Part shown: positions 45,152 through 56,334 of the stretch, one piece after another | How the letters are laid out: the number at the start of each line of letters is the position of its first letter | Position numbering within the stretch: the first letter of the stretch is position 1 | Position numbers and translations under genes: made by a program | Source: Macrostomum lignano | Lineage: Eukaryota | Assembly: GCA_002269645.1 (NCBI GenBank) | Contig: NIVC01000110.1 | Coordinates: forward strand, 248,001-312,000 | DNA: 64,000 nt | Direction: 5' to 3' | The notes under the pieces: generated by a model | Told to the model about the DNA's origin: nothing | Database searches by the model: none | What the model saw: the letters and a program-made list of their open reading frames with translations, nothing else

Positions 45152-45590
45152 AAGTCATGAACACACTCATGAACTCACTCATGAACTCACTCAAAAACCT
45201 ATGAACTCACTCAAAAATCTATGAAATCACTCGTGAACTCACTCATAAAGTCATGAACTCACTCATAAAGTCATGAACTCACTCATGAACTCACTCATGA
45301 ACTCACTCAAAAACCTATGAACTCACTCATGAACTCACTCATGAACTCACTCATAAAGTCATGAACTCACTCATGAACTCAACCATAAAGTCATGAACTC
45401 ACTCATGAACTCACTCATGAACTCACTCATAAAGTCATGAACTCACTCATGAACTCACTCATGAACTCACTCATGAACTCACTCATGAACTCACTCATAA
45501 AGTCATAAACTCACTCATGAACTCACTCATGAACTCACTCATAAAGTCATGAACTCACTCATGAACTCACTGATGAACTCACTCATGAAC
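45152..45590. repeat. 12-bp minisatellite (ATGAACTCACTC), right part
   Basis: Continuation of the 32346 array. Confidence 0.93.
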
Positions 45591-45614
45591 TGAACATAGC
45601 CTTATACGGCAGTA

Positions 45615-45627
45615 TCTAACTATCTAA

Positions 45628-45695
<68 letters not shown>

Positions 45696-45696
45696 G

Positions 45697-45760
<64 letters not shown>

Positions 45761-45793
45761 AATCTATCTATCTATCTATCTATATATCTATCC

Positions 45794-45839
<46 letters not shown>

Positions 45840-45907
45840 ATATCTATCTATCTATCTATCTATTTATCTATCTATCTATCGATCCATCTATCTATCTATC
45901 TATCTAT
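45615..45907. repeat. (TATC)n, left flank of the Ngaro insertion
   Basis: Directly visible. Confidence 0.95.
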
Positions 45908-46333
45908 TTAATGTCCGGAGTGACGAGGCGGAGACGGGGCAAGTGGCGTTCGAGGCGAGGCAGGCCCCAAAGCGATTTGGGGACGCATTGTTCGAATGTA
46001 TTGATTAGAATTGATTGATTACAATGATTAGAGAAATAAAAAAAATTTTGAGCGGCAGCAGCGCCCTTTCGCGCTGAGCTGAGCAACATATAAATACGCT
46101 CGTAAAGCACATGCACACCGGGGGTTAGGGGTGCTAGTCAGCACGTATGTACAGCGCGTAAAACCAGTATGAGTACAAGGCGATAAAAAAGGGGGCAGCG
46201 AGGCGGGTCGCTCCGCCATTAAAATCGGGTAAAGCCCACTTGCTTTACCCGCCCATTAATGTCCGGAGTGACGAGGCGGAGACGGGGCAAGTGGCGATCG
46301 AGGCGAGGCAGGCCCAAGGCCAAAAGAGAAGAG

Positions 46334-47360
46334 TTAGGAGCGGCGAGAGGACGGGGGGCGGCTGACGATGTGGGCTGACGCTGCTTCCACCGTGCGCCGG
46401 CGAGCCTCGACATCAGATTCAATGTAGCGGAACACGGAGTCGCTTCGCCAGTCACCCAAGGCCATCACTTCGTGCACAGACGCGCCTGAGCTGGCGAAGA
46501 AGGTCGCCCCGCCTCTGCGCAATGAATGCCCGGAGATTGCCGTCGGGTCGAGGCCGGCCGCTGCCGCCGCTTTGAACAGCTGTTTGGAAAACTGCGGTCG
46601 ACACACCGGGACCAGTCGTTGGCTCGCTCGAAAAGCAAACAGGAGTGAGTCGGGTCCGTTTCCGGCGATATTGTTGCGCTTGAGGTGGACGAGGACCGCG
46701 CAGAACGGCAAAGCGGATGAGGAGACCCGTTCGCAGCAGGCAGTCGTGGCAGCCAGACCAGGTGCTGCCGCTCAGCAAACTGGATTGTCTTGCTGCGCCG
46801 GACCCGCAGTTCGATGCCGTTGTCGCGCAGCTGCAGGTCGTTCAGCCGCACCGCTCCGGCTGACAACTGCTGGCTCCGAGCGGCTGACGCAGAGGGGAGG
46901 CACAGATTGTCCGCACGCAGCAATCCCCAGAACCCGACCAGCAGACAGCACCAGAAGGCCGCGCTGCGGCAGGATGTCGTGTCGATGTGTGACTTGAGCT
47001 ACTTCAGCATGGCGGGTGTTAAGCCGACTTTCTGTCTCGCATGGGCGCCCCGTTGCCGTTTGACGCCTTGGAGGGCGAGTCGCACTAGGGGGTGAGCAGT
47101 CGGGTCGGCCCTCCCAGCCAGCTTGTAGAGCCACGACACCGCGTGCAGGTAGGTGGAGAAGCTGGCAAATGCGGTCAGGTGCTTGAGGTGTAGGTGGGAG
47201 ACGTAGAGTGACACCGTCGGTCCGTCGGCCTCTAGAGGGTGCACGCTGATCTCGCTGCAGAAGCGCTCCCAACACATCAGCTGGGACCGGAGGGCTCGTC
47301 TTGTATTCGGTGCCAGGGCTTGGTTGAGCAGCCGGTCTCGTTCCGTCCTCAGGGGCTCCG
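46334..47360 (-). pseudogene. Tyrosine recombinase of the Ngaro element (one stop, one frameshift)
   Basis: ALAPNTRR, GLLRADN (R), RSKT (K), GHSLRRGGAT (HxxR), GDW and FRY (catalytic Y). Confidence 0.88.
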
Positions 47361-47699
47361 CTGCAGCTGTTGAACCTGTGAGAGGAGAGATTGATAGGAA
47401 GCAGCAGACAGGGCGTGCGATGCGATGACAGATGGGTCAATGTAGATAGTTCCATAGTAACGAAATAAAAAGTTGATCAGGCCATGCTTATGGCTCAGGC
47501 GAGAAGCTGGGTCACTAAAAATTTGAAACCGGCCACGGACATGAAACACCTGGAAGTGAATGCGGTGCTTCAGCGCGAGTAAAATAGCCGTGCGCATCAG
47601 CGCCTGAACCACCGGGGGCTTGGCAGAGCCCTTGCGCAGCATCCCAGCATCAGACGAGTCGTCGGTGTAAAAAACGATGTGGCAGTTAGCTAGGTGCTC
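47349..47699 (-). pseudogene. Ngaro RNase H, C-terminal half
   Basis: EHLANCHIVFYTDD...HVRG...SDPASRL; rejoins the 60568-61842 frame when the Polinton and one TSD copy are removed. Confidence 0.8.
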
Positions 47700-48731
47700 A
47701 GTAGTAGGAAAGTGGTACCCTCTACCGCCATCGCACGGGATTGGCCGGGGCACCCGGCCAATGAGGGGAGAGGGCGCCCCGAAGACGCCCACCCCGACGC
47801 CAAACCCACCCCGACCCCCAAACCCACCCCGACCCCAAACCCACCACCGCCACGCACCCAATCCCGACCCCAAACCCGCACCCACCCCCGACCCCAAACC
47901 AGGCCCCCTCCTGTCCTACACCCCTCCTGTCCTGCACCCCGTGCATCCCATACCAAGACCCCCTCCTGTCCTGCACCCCGTGCATCCCATACCAAGACCC
48001 CCTCCTGTCCTGCACCCCGTGCATCCCATACCAAGACCCCCTCCTGTCCTGCACCCCATGCATCCCATACTAAGACCCCCTCCTGTCCTACACCCCTCCT
48101 GTCCTGCACCCCGTGCATCCCATACCAAGACCCCCTCCTGTCCTGCACCCCATGCATCCCATACCAAGGCCCCCTCCTATCCTACGCCTTGCCCCATCCC
48201 ATGTAGCAAGGTCCTTCTATCCTGTACCCTAACCAAAACCAATTCCCCCCTCCTAATTCCTAAACCCAAGTCTTATTACCTGTCTCACTTACCGCCTTTA
48301 AAGCTAGCCAAGGCAAAACCCTCATTCCATGCTTTGGTTGTACTGTATCTTGCTGTGGCGGGTACAGCGTGAGGTCGTTAGACCTAGAACGCTACTTCTT
48401 GGCGGCCAGAGGGCCGCAAGAAGGTCCCGCCACCTCCTGTTACGTTGATGGCTGAGACTTTGTTAAGGCCCGAGTTCCTGCGAAAGGGCTGCTGTGTGGG
48501 GGTTGGATTTGGGGTTCGGATTAGTTATTTCTATGGAACAGGAGCTGGTTTCTAAATGGCTGAGTGGTCCCCGGAAGGGCTCCTGATTTGCCGAGAGTTC
48601 CTGTGAGAGGGCTGTTGTGTGGGGTTGGATTCGGGGTTCGGATTGGTTATTGCTATGGAGCGGGAGCTGGTGTTACTTACCAACTCTCGTCGTATATAAT
48701 CTCGCACACAGCCGGAAGGAAAGCTCACAGT
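47700..48731 (+). repeat. Polinton left TIR (hairpin, C-rich tract, 33-bp array, TATA at 48693)
   Basis: Reverse complement of 59440-60567 apart from array copy number. Confidence 0.95.
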
Positions 48732-48788
48732 TTTTCGGTCCTAGAGTTTTATTTAAAGACTTTAAATTTTGCGTTCTAAATTTTAAAC

Positions 48789-50879
48789 ATGACATTTTGT
48801 GAATACTGTAGTCAGACAGTGCCCGGTGACATATTAGCTCACTACTCAGTGTGCCCAATTATTCCAACTTTATTTTCTGATGAACCATGTCAATTCCAAT
48901 TAATTAAAGAAGCATTTTTCGGCCAGACGCGACTCTATCGGCGGATCGTTGCCGGCGATCCCATCGACGCCCTGGAGTCATCCATTGCTTCAGGCACAGA
49001 ACTCCTGGCAGATCTGCGTTCGAAACCAGGCTTTGCCATCAAGGTCCAAATCCGACTCGGTGTGCCAATGCAGCGTTGGGCTGGTGGCAGCTTTGTGGCG
49101 CAGAGCACAGCCTGGTTTGCCAGTGAAACGGCCGAAGTCCTTTCAGATGAGGAAGAAGATTTCTTTGTTCGGGAAATCCCACTTATTTTGGAACGACTGA
49201 GCAAATACCTTCGCAATGGCAGTGGGTGGACAATTGACTCCATTCGCCAGCTCGCCGATGTGTTCGAGGCGTTTCGTCGAATGAGCCTCACTTCGGATGG
49301 GCTAGACCCAGTGCATTTTATAACGACGCCGGGAATGTCTTTCGAAGCAGCGCTTAAGTACTGTAAATTGGAGCTTGAATTGCTGCAATGTCCAGAGTTG
49401 TACAGCTTATTTGAAGAGGGTACTCGTGGTGGTATGACATTTGTCAACACACACAGAGCCAAAGCCAACCATCCCGGACTCGGTGAGCTGTATGATTCGC
49501 ATCAACCTCAAACCTATCTTATCCCCATCGACGCCAACAACCTCTACGGACACGCCTTGTCCACCAAACTGCCATGGTGTGGGTTCCAAGTGCTTGACAC
49601 TGTACCACCAAACAATGAGGTTGAGAGATGGATCAGGGATGAGTTTGACCCAGAGGGCGATGTTGGATACCTGCTAAAGGTTGATCTCCATTACCCCCCA
49701 GAGTTGCACGACAAGACATCAGACTTGCCCCTTGCTCCAGAGAAGGCGCAGCCTCAATGGGAATGGATGCCGCCGCATCAGCAGCAGCTCTGGGAACTAC
49801 TTTCTAGACAGAGGCTCTCTTGCGGAGGATATAATTCAGGAGGCGACAAGTTGATGTTGACATGCTTTGATAAAACCAGCTATGTTGTACACGCCAGAAT
49901 CCTACAGTTTTATCTCCGTCTAGGTCTTAGGCTGCGTACTGTCCACTGCATTGTTCGCTTTCAGCAAGCAGCAGTACTCGAGCCTTACATTCGACGTAAT
50001 AGTGAGCGGCGTGCACAAGCCAAAAATGAGTTTGAAAAGGATTATAATAAGCTGCTGAACAACTCTCTGTTTGGAAAGACCATGGAGAACGTGCGCAAAC
50101 GCGTCGACTACCGCCTGGTCAACTCAGCAGAGAAGTTGGAGAAGCTCGCAGCTAAACCTAACTTTGAAGATCAAGAGATATTTAATGAGAATCTTGTTCT
50201 CGTCCACATGCGCAAGACAACAGTCGAGCTCAACAAACCGGTGTACATCGGACAGTGTGTCCTTGATAACAGCAAACTCATTATGTACAGCTTGTGGTAT
50301 GATAAGCTGCTTCCGCTGGTCAATCAGTTACCGTGTGCGAGCCTCAGTCTGCTCGGCGGTGACACTGACTCTTTCTTCCTCCACTTAAAGAATGCTGATG
50401 GCGAGCGATGGTTTCTGCCTAAACTGTGCGAAATGGAGCTGCTGGACACCTCTAATTATCCCAAGGACCATTGCTTGTATACTTGCGAACGCAAAGCAAG
50501 GTTAGGCTGTGTAAAGGATGAGAGCGATGGTACAGCGAACTTTTATGAGTGGATCCTGTTGCGTCCCAAGCTCTATTCCTTTGCTGCAGTAAACTCCTCC
50601 AAGGACAAGCGTCGTGCTAAGGGTGTGCAGCGATCTGTAGTGCAAAATGAAATCTGCCACGCCGACTACTGCGAAACTTTGATGAAAATGGAAGAAAAGT
50701 CCTGGCTGACGCGTCGTATTGCCAGTGAGCATCATGAGTTGTTCACCACTGCCACCTTGAAACGCGCACTCTCGTTTTGGGAGGACAAGAGGGCATGGCT
50801 CGCGGCAAATCAGAGCCTACCCTACGGCCACTGGCGTCTAGAGGCTGAGAAGCGAAAGCGACCCTGCCCGTTTGACTAG
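48789..50879 (+). CDS. Protein-primed family B DNA polymerase, internally shortened
   Basis: DANNLYG (motif A), KLLNNSLFGK (motif B), GDTDS (motif C); GSGW...LADVFEAFR juxtaposed, so the exonuclease region is absent. Confidence 0.9.
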   Translation: MTFCEYCSQTVPGDILAHYSVCPIIPTLFSDEPCQFQLIKEAFFGQTRLYRRIVAGDPIDALESSIASGTELLADLRSKPGFAIKVQIRLGVPMQRWAGGSFVAQSTAWFASETAEVLSDEEEDFFVREIPLILERLSKYLRNGSGWTIDSIRQLADVFEAFRRMSLTSDGLDPVHFITTPGMSFEAALKYCKLELELLQCPELYSLFEEGTRGGMTFVNTHRAKANHPGLGELYDSHQPQTYLIPIDANNLYGHALSTKLPWCGFQVLDTVPPNNEVERWIRDEFDPEGDVGYLLKVDLHYPPELHDKTSDLPLAPEKAQPQWEWMPPHQQQLWELLSRQRLSCGGYNSGGDKLMLTCFDKTSYVVHARILQFYLRLGLRLRTVHCIVRFQQAAVLEPYIRRNSERRAQAKNEFEKDYNKLLNNSLFGKTMENVRKRVDYRLVNSAEKLEKLAAKPNFEDQEIFNENLVLVHMRKTTVELNKPVYIGQCVLDNSKLIMYSLWYDKLLPLVNQLPCASLSLLGGDTDSFFLHLKNADGERWFLPKLCEMELLDTSNYPKDHCLYTCERKARLGCVKDESDGTANFYEWILLRPKLYSFAAVNSSKDKRRAKGVQRSVVQNEICHADYCETLMKMEEKSWLTRRIASEHHELFTTATLKRALSFWEDKRAWLAANQSLPYGHWRLEAEKRKRPCPFD

Positions 50880-51703
50880 ATTTTTCTGAATACGAAACTT
50901 GTACCTACCTTGTTTATTGATAATAACGATGATGTTTTGTTTTATTCTGCTGTCTAGATAATAAAAATACCATTGATACCATTTTTTAATATAATCAGAA
51001 TGTTTTGGCCGATAATACTGCCAATGTGTGCGTTGCATTTTTGTACGTTTCATTTGCTGATTTTTAATTACTAACGAGGAATTATGGCACTTTTTTAATA
51101 AACATGAAATGTATATATGTTAGTTTGAGTTGAGGCTGGTAAAAAGAAAATTTTTTTTTATTTATTTTCATAAAGTAAAAAGGGTTTAAAACTGTCGATA
51201 AAATAATATATAAAACAAACTAAATTCAAATCGAAATACTAGTTTTTGTGTAAAATTAAATCGTGTAAAACAATGTAAAATTTCATGCACTTAAAAAAGG
51301 TTAAAAATCTCCATTGAAATACATGTGTTTTATGCAAAAGTATGCAAGTTTTCGTCCAGTGATTAAAAGTATGCAATACGGCGTGAATTTTTCGACAAAA
51401 TGCGTCTACTTTCATGCACAGGTTCGGGTACAAATCCCTATTGAAATACATGTATTTTGTGCACAAGTATGCAAGTTTTCGTGCACAGTGTTAAAAAGTA
51501 TGCAAAGTGTTGAGGTTTTTTGTGCACACATTCGGGTAAAAATTCCCATCGAAATGTATGTATTTTGTGCAAACATGCATGCTTTTTCGTGCACAACAGA
51601 GGCTAGAAACGCTAAATCCGCAGAAACTGGTGGGGTGGGCAGTTTTTTTTTTCAAGCCGGGTGTTTGGCATAAGAAAATGATAGGTACTAGAAATTCGGT
51701 AAA

Positions 51704-52928
51704 ATGAAAACGAAAAAGGCAATTTCAAACCTTCTGCCAGGTATTTATTTTGACTGCAGTAGACCGGGCAGCTATGGCGGCTATCAGGCATTAAAACGAG
51801 AGTTGCACAAACACCACGGACCCAAGTTTAGTGTAGGGCAGGTATGCATATACGATATACTTCTAAACCAATGATTTTCTAGAAAATTCCAGCTTAGGTT
51901 TTTAGTTTTATCCACTAACTAGCAATTTCCAGTTTTTTTTTTTACAATTAAAGGTAAAAACGTGGCTCCAAGACCAAGATGTCTACACACTGCATAGAGA
52001 TAAACGCAAAAACTTTTGTCGAGCACCGATTGTGGTGCGGGGCATGGATGACCAGTGGGAACTGGACCTTGTTGAAATGCTGCCGTTCGCTAAGTACAAT
52101 GGCGGCGTACGATATATTCTATGCTGCATTGATGTGCTCAGCAAGTTTGCCTGGGTTCAGCCAGTGCGCCGCAAGACAGCCGAGGAGGTTGCAGCCGGAT
52201 TCGAAGCGATCCTAAATCGAGCTCACCCTCGATGCCCACGAGCAGTTCGGACCGACCGTGGAAAAGAGTTTTGCAACACCCAGTTCCGAGCCCTCTGCGT
52301 AAACCACAAAATTCATGCATTCACATCAAGTAGTGACCAGAAATGCGCAGTCATTGAGAGATGGAACCGCACACTGAAATCCCGAATGTGGCGGTACTTC
52401 CGTCACAAGTCAACATTAACCTGGACCGATGTGCTTCAACCCTTAGCAAAAGCATACAACCAGAGTATTCATCGGAGTATTCAAAGCCGACCAGTTGATG
52501 TCGACAGGTCAAACGAGATGGAAATTTGGCAGCGGCTTTACGATGGGAAGCTTCCTGAGACTCGTGAAAAGGTCTCCAGACCAAAGTTCAAGGCAGGAAT
52601 GATGGTGCGAATCTCTCTTCGCAATCTGGCCAACCCATTCACCAAGGGATACACAAGGGGATGGAGTGAGGAAGTATTTGAAGTCAAGTCCCTCCACCCC
52701 AAGCATTATCCATACATGTACACTCTGATCGATGCCCGAGGTGAAGAGTTGGAAGGCAAGTTTTACGAGCCGGAAATGCAGCAAGTGACTGGAAACAAGA
52801 AGTTGTGGATCATCGACAAGGTTCTCAACATTAAGAAGCTGAAGAGTGGAAAGATTCGGTATTTGGTTCAGTGGCGCGATTCAGAAAGACCCAGTTGGAT
52901 TGACGAAAAAGACTTAAGAAAAATATGA
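51704..52928 (+). CDS. Retroviral-like integrase with C-terminal chromodomain; exons 51704-51841 and 51954-52928
   Basis: YFD-SRPGSYGG...Q|VKTWLQDQDVYTLH joined across a GT-AG intron; DDE (DLVEM / TDRGKEF / IERWNRT); chromo-like YLVQW...SWI. Confidence 0.88.
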
Positions 52929-53707
52929 AAAGGCAAAGATTTCAGGTAATGTCCGGCCCCGATGATGACCCGGCCAACTTTACTGCTGAGCTGCTGCATC
53001 CTGTGCTGCTGGATTCTGCTTTGGACTATGAGCTGGGTCTGCTTGGAATCAGTTTTATCAACTGCATCTACACCATCCCTCATCCATTGTCGCTATATTA
53101 TCAGCTTGAGGGTTCAATGCAATGTGCTGAAATTCCAGCTGGGCGCTACAATGACTTGAATGAGCTGATTGATGCAGTAAATGCCCTACTGATTGTGAAA
53201 GATTTTGATGAGTCTGGAATTGGCGAAACACCTATAAATGTGCATCTAATTAAATTTACCCTTGATTCAGTTAGCCATCATGTATACTATCAAATGGCTG
53301 GGATCTGTGGGAGATTTATCTTTCCAGAAAACAGCCAGCTGGGGAAAATCTTTGGTGCTGCGCAGACAACCTATAGCGAGCAGGCAGGATGTTTTGAACG
53401 ACCTGGCATGAACCCGGCCTGGAATACGGATTTGCTGCTTGTTGAGTGCGATCAGATTAGCCCGCGCTGTATTGGAAATCAGTTTACTCCAGCACTGCAG
53501 ACTTTGAATATTGGTGGTCTTTTGCAGGGTCACCGGTCGGAACTCATCTATAAGAATAAGCTGTTCTTCCCAATAGCAGCAAACCACCGCTTAACACACA
53601 TGCAAATACGGCTACGACCGATCAACTGTATCGAATCTATCCGATTACTCTTTGGACCCACAGTCTTGACTTTTGAGCTGCGTGAGTCATGGACATTCGA
53701 CAAGTGA
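52925..53707 (+). CDS. Minor capsid (penton-like, single jelly-roll) protein
   Basis: NFTAELLHPVLL...YELGLLGISF and C-terminal VECDQI...IG..F.PAL patterns typical of Polinton mCP; canonical position after integrase. Confidence 0.7.
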   Translation: MKRQRFQVMSGPDDDPANFTAELLHPVLLDSALDYELGLLGISFINCIYTIPHPLSLYYQLEGSMQCAEIPAGRYNDLNELIDAVNALLIVKDFDESGIGETPINVHLIKFTLDSVSHHVYYQMAGICGRFIFPENSQLGKIFGAAQTTYSEQAGCFERPGMNPAWNTDLLLVECDQISPRCIGNQFTPALQTLNIGGLLQGHRSELIYKNKLFFPIAANHRLTHMQIRLRPINCIESIRLLFGPTVLTFELRESWTFDK

Positions 53708-53916
53708 CCGAGTTTTATCGAGGCAGTTGCTTCAAACTTCCTCATGGGCACGGATATCCCACATCGCTGCTATCTCGACTGCCCCCTGAGACTCATGAAA
53801 ATGCAGTTCTCCTTTCCCGCATACCACCTCCATCGCAGAAAAAACATAAGAAGACGCCAAAAATCAAACCAAAGAAGAGCAAGCCAGTGCCCACAAAAAA
53901 GCGCAAGATATCATAA
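53689..53916 (+). CDS. Small Lys-rich putative core/DNA-packaging protein
   Basis: FYRG...GHG motif and basic tail; lies between mCP and MCP. Confidence 0.45.
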   Translation: MDIRQVTEFYRGSCFKLPHGHGYPTSLLSRLPPETHENAVLLSRIPPPSQKKHKKTPKIKPKKSKPVPTKKRKIS

Positions 53917-53949
53917 AAACAGTCAACGAGTGCTCGATTCACTCTCATA

Positions 53950-55219
53950 ATGTATCGGACAAATCCACGGCTCAACCTGTTTGAGCCAAAGACGCATGAA
54001 ATTGGAGTGGATAGGTCTCACTTCATGGACTTTCATCCCATCGGCAGTCTCACGACTCCTGATGCACCGATTGAATTCGACTGCCACGCCTCCTCTGAGG
54101 ACTACACCGATCTGCACGCCACAGTGCTGCAAGTCACTTGCGGATAACTCGTGTGATAAACAATGCAGAGCTGACTAATGAAGATGATGCCCATGTCGGA
54201 CTATCGAATCTCCCGCTTGCCAGCCTGTTTCGTGATGTCACTGTAAAACTCAACCAGCGGGTTGTGAGTGGTGGGGACCAGCTCTACCCATATCGAGCAA
54301 TGCTTCAAGTGCTGACCAGCAGCAATGCCAACCAGCTTCAAGAACTGGCGGCCGCAGGTTATTATCCAGACACCGCTGGAGAGAGTGACACCATTGGGGA
54401 GCAAAATCATGGATTCACAAATCGTGCGAGATTGCATGAGGCTTCTGCTGTTGTGCAATATGCCGGCCCGTTGTTTTCAGACATTTTTCAATCCGGCAGT
54501 ATCTGCTAAACCAAATCAGCCTGCAGGTCAAATTGACCCGGCATTGCAGCGCTTTTTCGTTGATGGTACCCAATAATGGAGTTCAATATCGTATTGAAGT
54601 CGACAATGCTATTCTGCTTTTGAGGCGTCTCCGAGTAAACCCAACAGTGGCTCTCGCACATGAACAGGGGCTCTCACAACGTAATGCTCTCTACCACTTT
54701 GATAGAAGAGAGCTTCAGACATTCACATTTTCTGTTGGGACAAGAAACAAGAGTCTCGATTCAATCACGCATGGTCAGCTGCCAAAATTTGTGCTCCTTG
54801 GAATGGTCAGCCAGACTGCTTTCAATGGATCTCTGCACCACAACCCGTTTTGGTTCCAAGCATTTGGATTGAATAGTTTAAGCCTGTTTGTCAATGGAGA
54901 GCCAATTACTGGGCAGCCCATAGAACCACAGCAGCAGCACTCATCCGAATTTTTGCAGTTTGCCCGCAGTCTCGGTGGAAAATATTGCATAAGCTTTGAT
55001 GAATTTCGAAATAGTGCCTATCTGCTTGCGTTTGACCTTAGTCCAAGTGGCGATGAAGTAGGCAGCTGGTTTGGTCATAGGCAGGGTCAACTACGACTGG
55101 ATATTCGCTTTTCCAACGCTCTCGCACAGCCAGTCACACTCATCTGCTTGTGCGTGTATGATTCATGCATGGAAATCACTAAAGAGAGGGATGTGCTGCT
55201 GGATTATCGCAGAGCATGA
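53950..55219 (+). pseudogene. Major capsid protein (double jelly-roll) with two 1-nt frameshifts
   Basis: LNLF...PIEF, SLF..V.V.LN, YPYRA, GQLPK, AFNG...NPF.F, AFDL, R.V..DY; breaks at ~54141 and ~54499. Confidence 0.85.
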
Positions 55220-55689
55220 ATTCCGAAGAGTTGGAAGCGTTCATTTCTCGCTGCCCCACATCTGTGCGGGATGCCTATTGCGGAAATTTTACAGTTGGAA
55301 CAGTGACACCATTTTTCGATTCAACCTGCCGACCCTGCTGCTTCATTTTGTATGAGCCATGGAATGATGAGTGCGGTCACTGGATTGCTGGAGTAGTAAC
55401 CAGTAAAGTGCATTGTGAAATTTTCAACTCTTTGGGAGGCTTGAGTAAAAATATGAAGAGCTGGTTAAAGAAAACTAAACCGACGCGGATGGTGCTACAA
55501 TGGAATACGGTCCCTGTTCAGCCCAGTTCGTCAACTCTATGCGGCTGGTATTGCATTTTTTACTTGATCCATCGACTACATAAGAGAATGTCATATAATG
55601 CCTTGTTCATCAAGGTTTTGCACCCGGCAGCTGTGGCTCAAAACGATGCAATCATACTCAGACTCAAAAATCAGTTGCAAGGTGTTTGA
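55216..55689 (+). CDS. Adenain-like (C5) cysteine protease
   Basis: GHW (His), FNSLG, Q..S.LCGWYC (Gln and Cys). Confidence 0.85.
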   Translation: MNSEELEAFISRCPTSVRDAYCGNFTVGTVTPFFDSTCRPCCFILYEPWNDECGHWIAGVVTSKVHCEIFNSLGGLSKNMKSWLKKTKPTRMVLQWNTVPVQPSSSTLCGWYCIFYLIHRLHKRMSYNALFIKVLHPAAVAQNDAIILRLKNQLQGV

Positions 55690-56304
55690 TTCCAGACTGC
55701 GGATGGGAGGCTGCATGATGGTTTCGGGCCCTTCTCGAGCGGGAAAATCAACATTCTGTTTGCGGTTGCTGTCCCAACGACTGCTTCTGTTCGACCAACC
55801 TCCCAAGCGGATGATTTGGTATCACGGATGCCCGCAGCCGGAACTCCACACGACTCTGCGGCGGCTAGGAGTGCAAGTATGTGAAGGATTATCGAATTTG
55901 GATCTGCAGCCCCATGACCTGATTGTGATTGACGATTTACTGGATGAAGCAGCTGCAAGTCGAGAGCTACGACATCTGTTCACCCGTGAGGCCACCACAA
56001 GCCCTGCTTTGTCATTCTCATCACGCAAAATCTATTTTTCAAAGGCAGAGAGTGGCGCACAATTAGCATAAATTGCACCTACATTGTGTTGTTCAACAAC
56101 CCCAGAGACGCCTCTGCGGTCCAAGCTTTAAGTCAGCAATGCTTTCCCAAACGGCGCACTCTGCTAGTAGAACTGATGGATCGATTGGTGCGAGATGGAG
56201 ATCAGCGCTATCTGCTGCTTGATTTTCACCCCGCTTCACCCCATGAACTGCGCCTGAGAGCCAATTTTCTCCCCGATGAGGCCCCGCAGCGAGTTTATCT
56301 ATAA
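55682..56304 (+). pseudogene. A32/FtsK-like packaging ATPase with one 1-nt frameshift
   Basis: Walker A GPSRAGKS, Walker B IVIDD, then HH...ITQNLF and LFNNPRD in the shifted frame (break at ~55993). Confidence 0.88.
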
Positions 56305-56334
56305 GAATGGCTCAGTCTCTGCACTGAGTTAAAC

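Noticed and set aside
46334-47360. Crypton or prophage integrase
   Set aside because: The YR is linked to RT/RNase H and split direct repeats, which identifies a DIRS-order Ngaro element
47349-48372. Pro/Gly-rich ORFs in the TIRs and the Pro-rich tail of the 625-aa RT ORF
   Set aside because: Read-through into Polinton TIR repeats; the real continuation of RT-RH lies on the other side of the insertion
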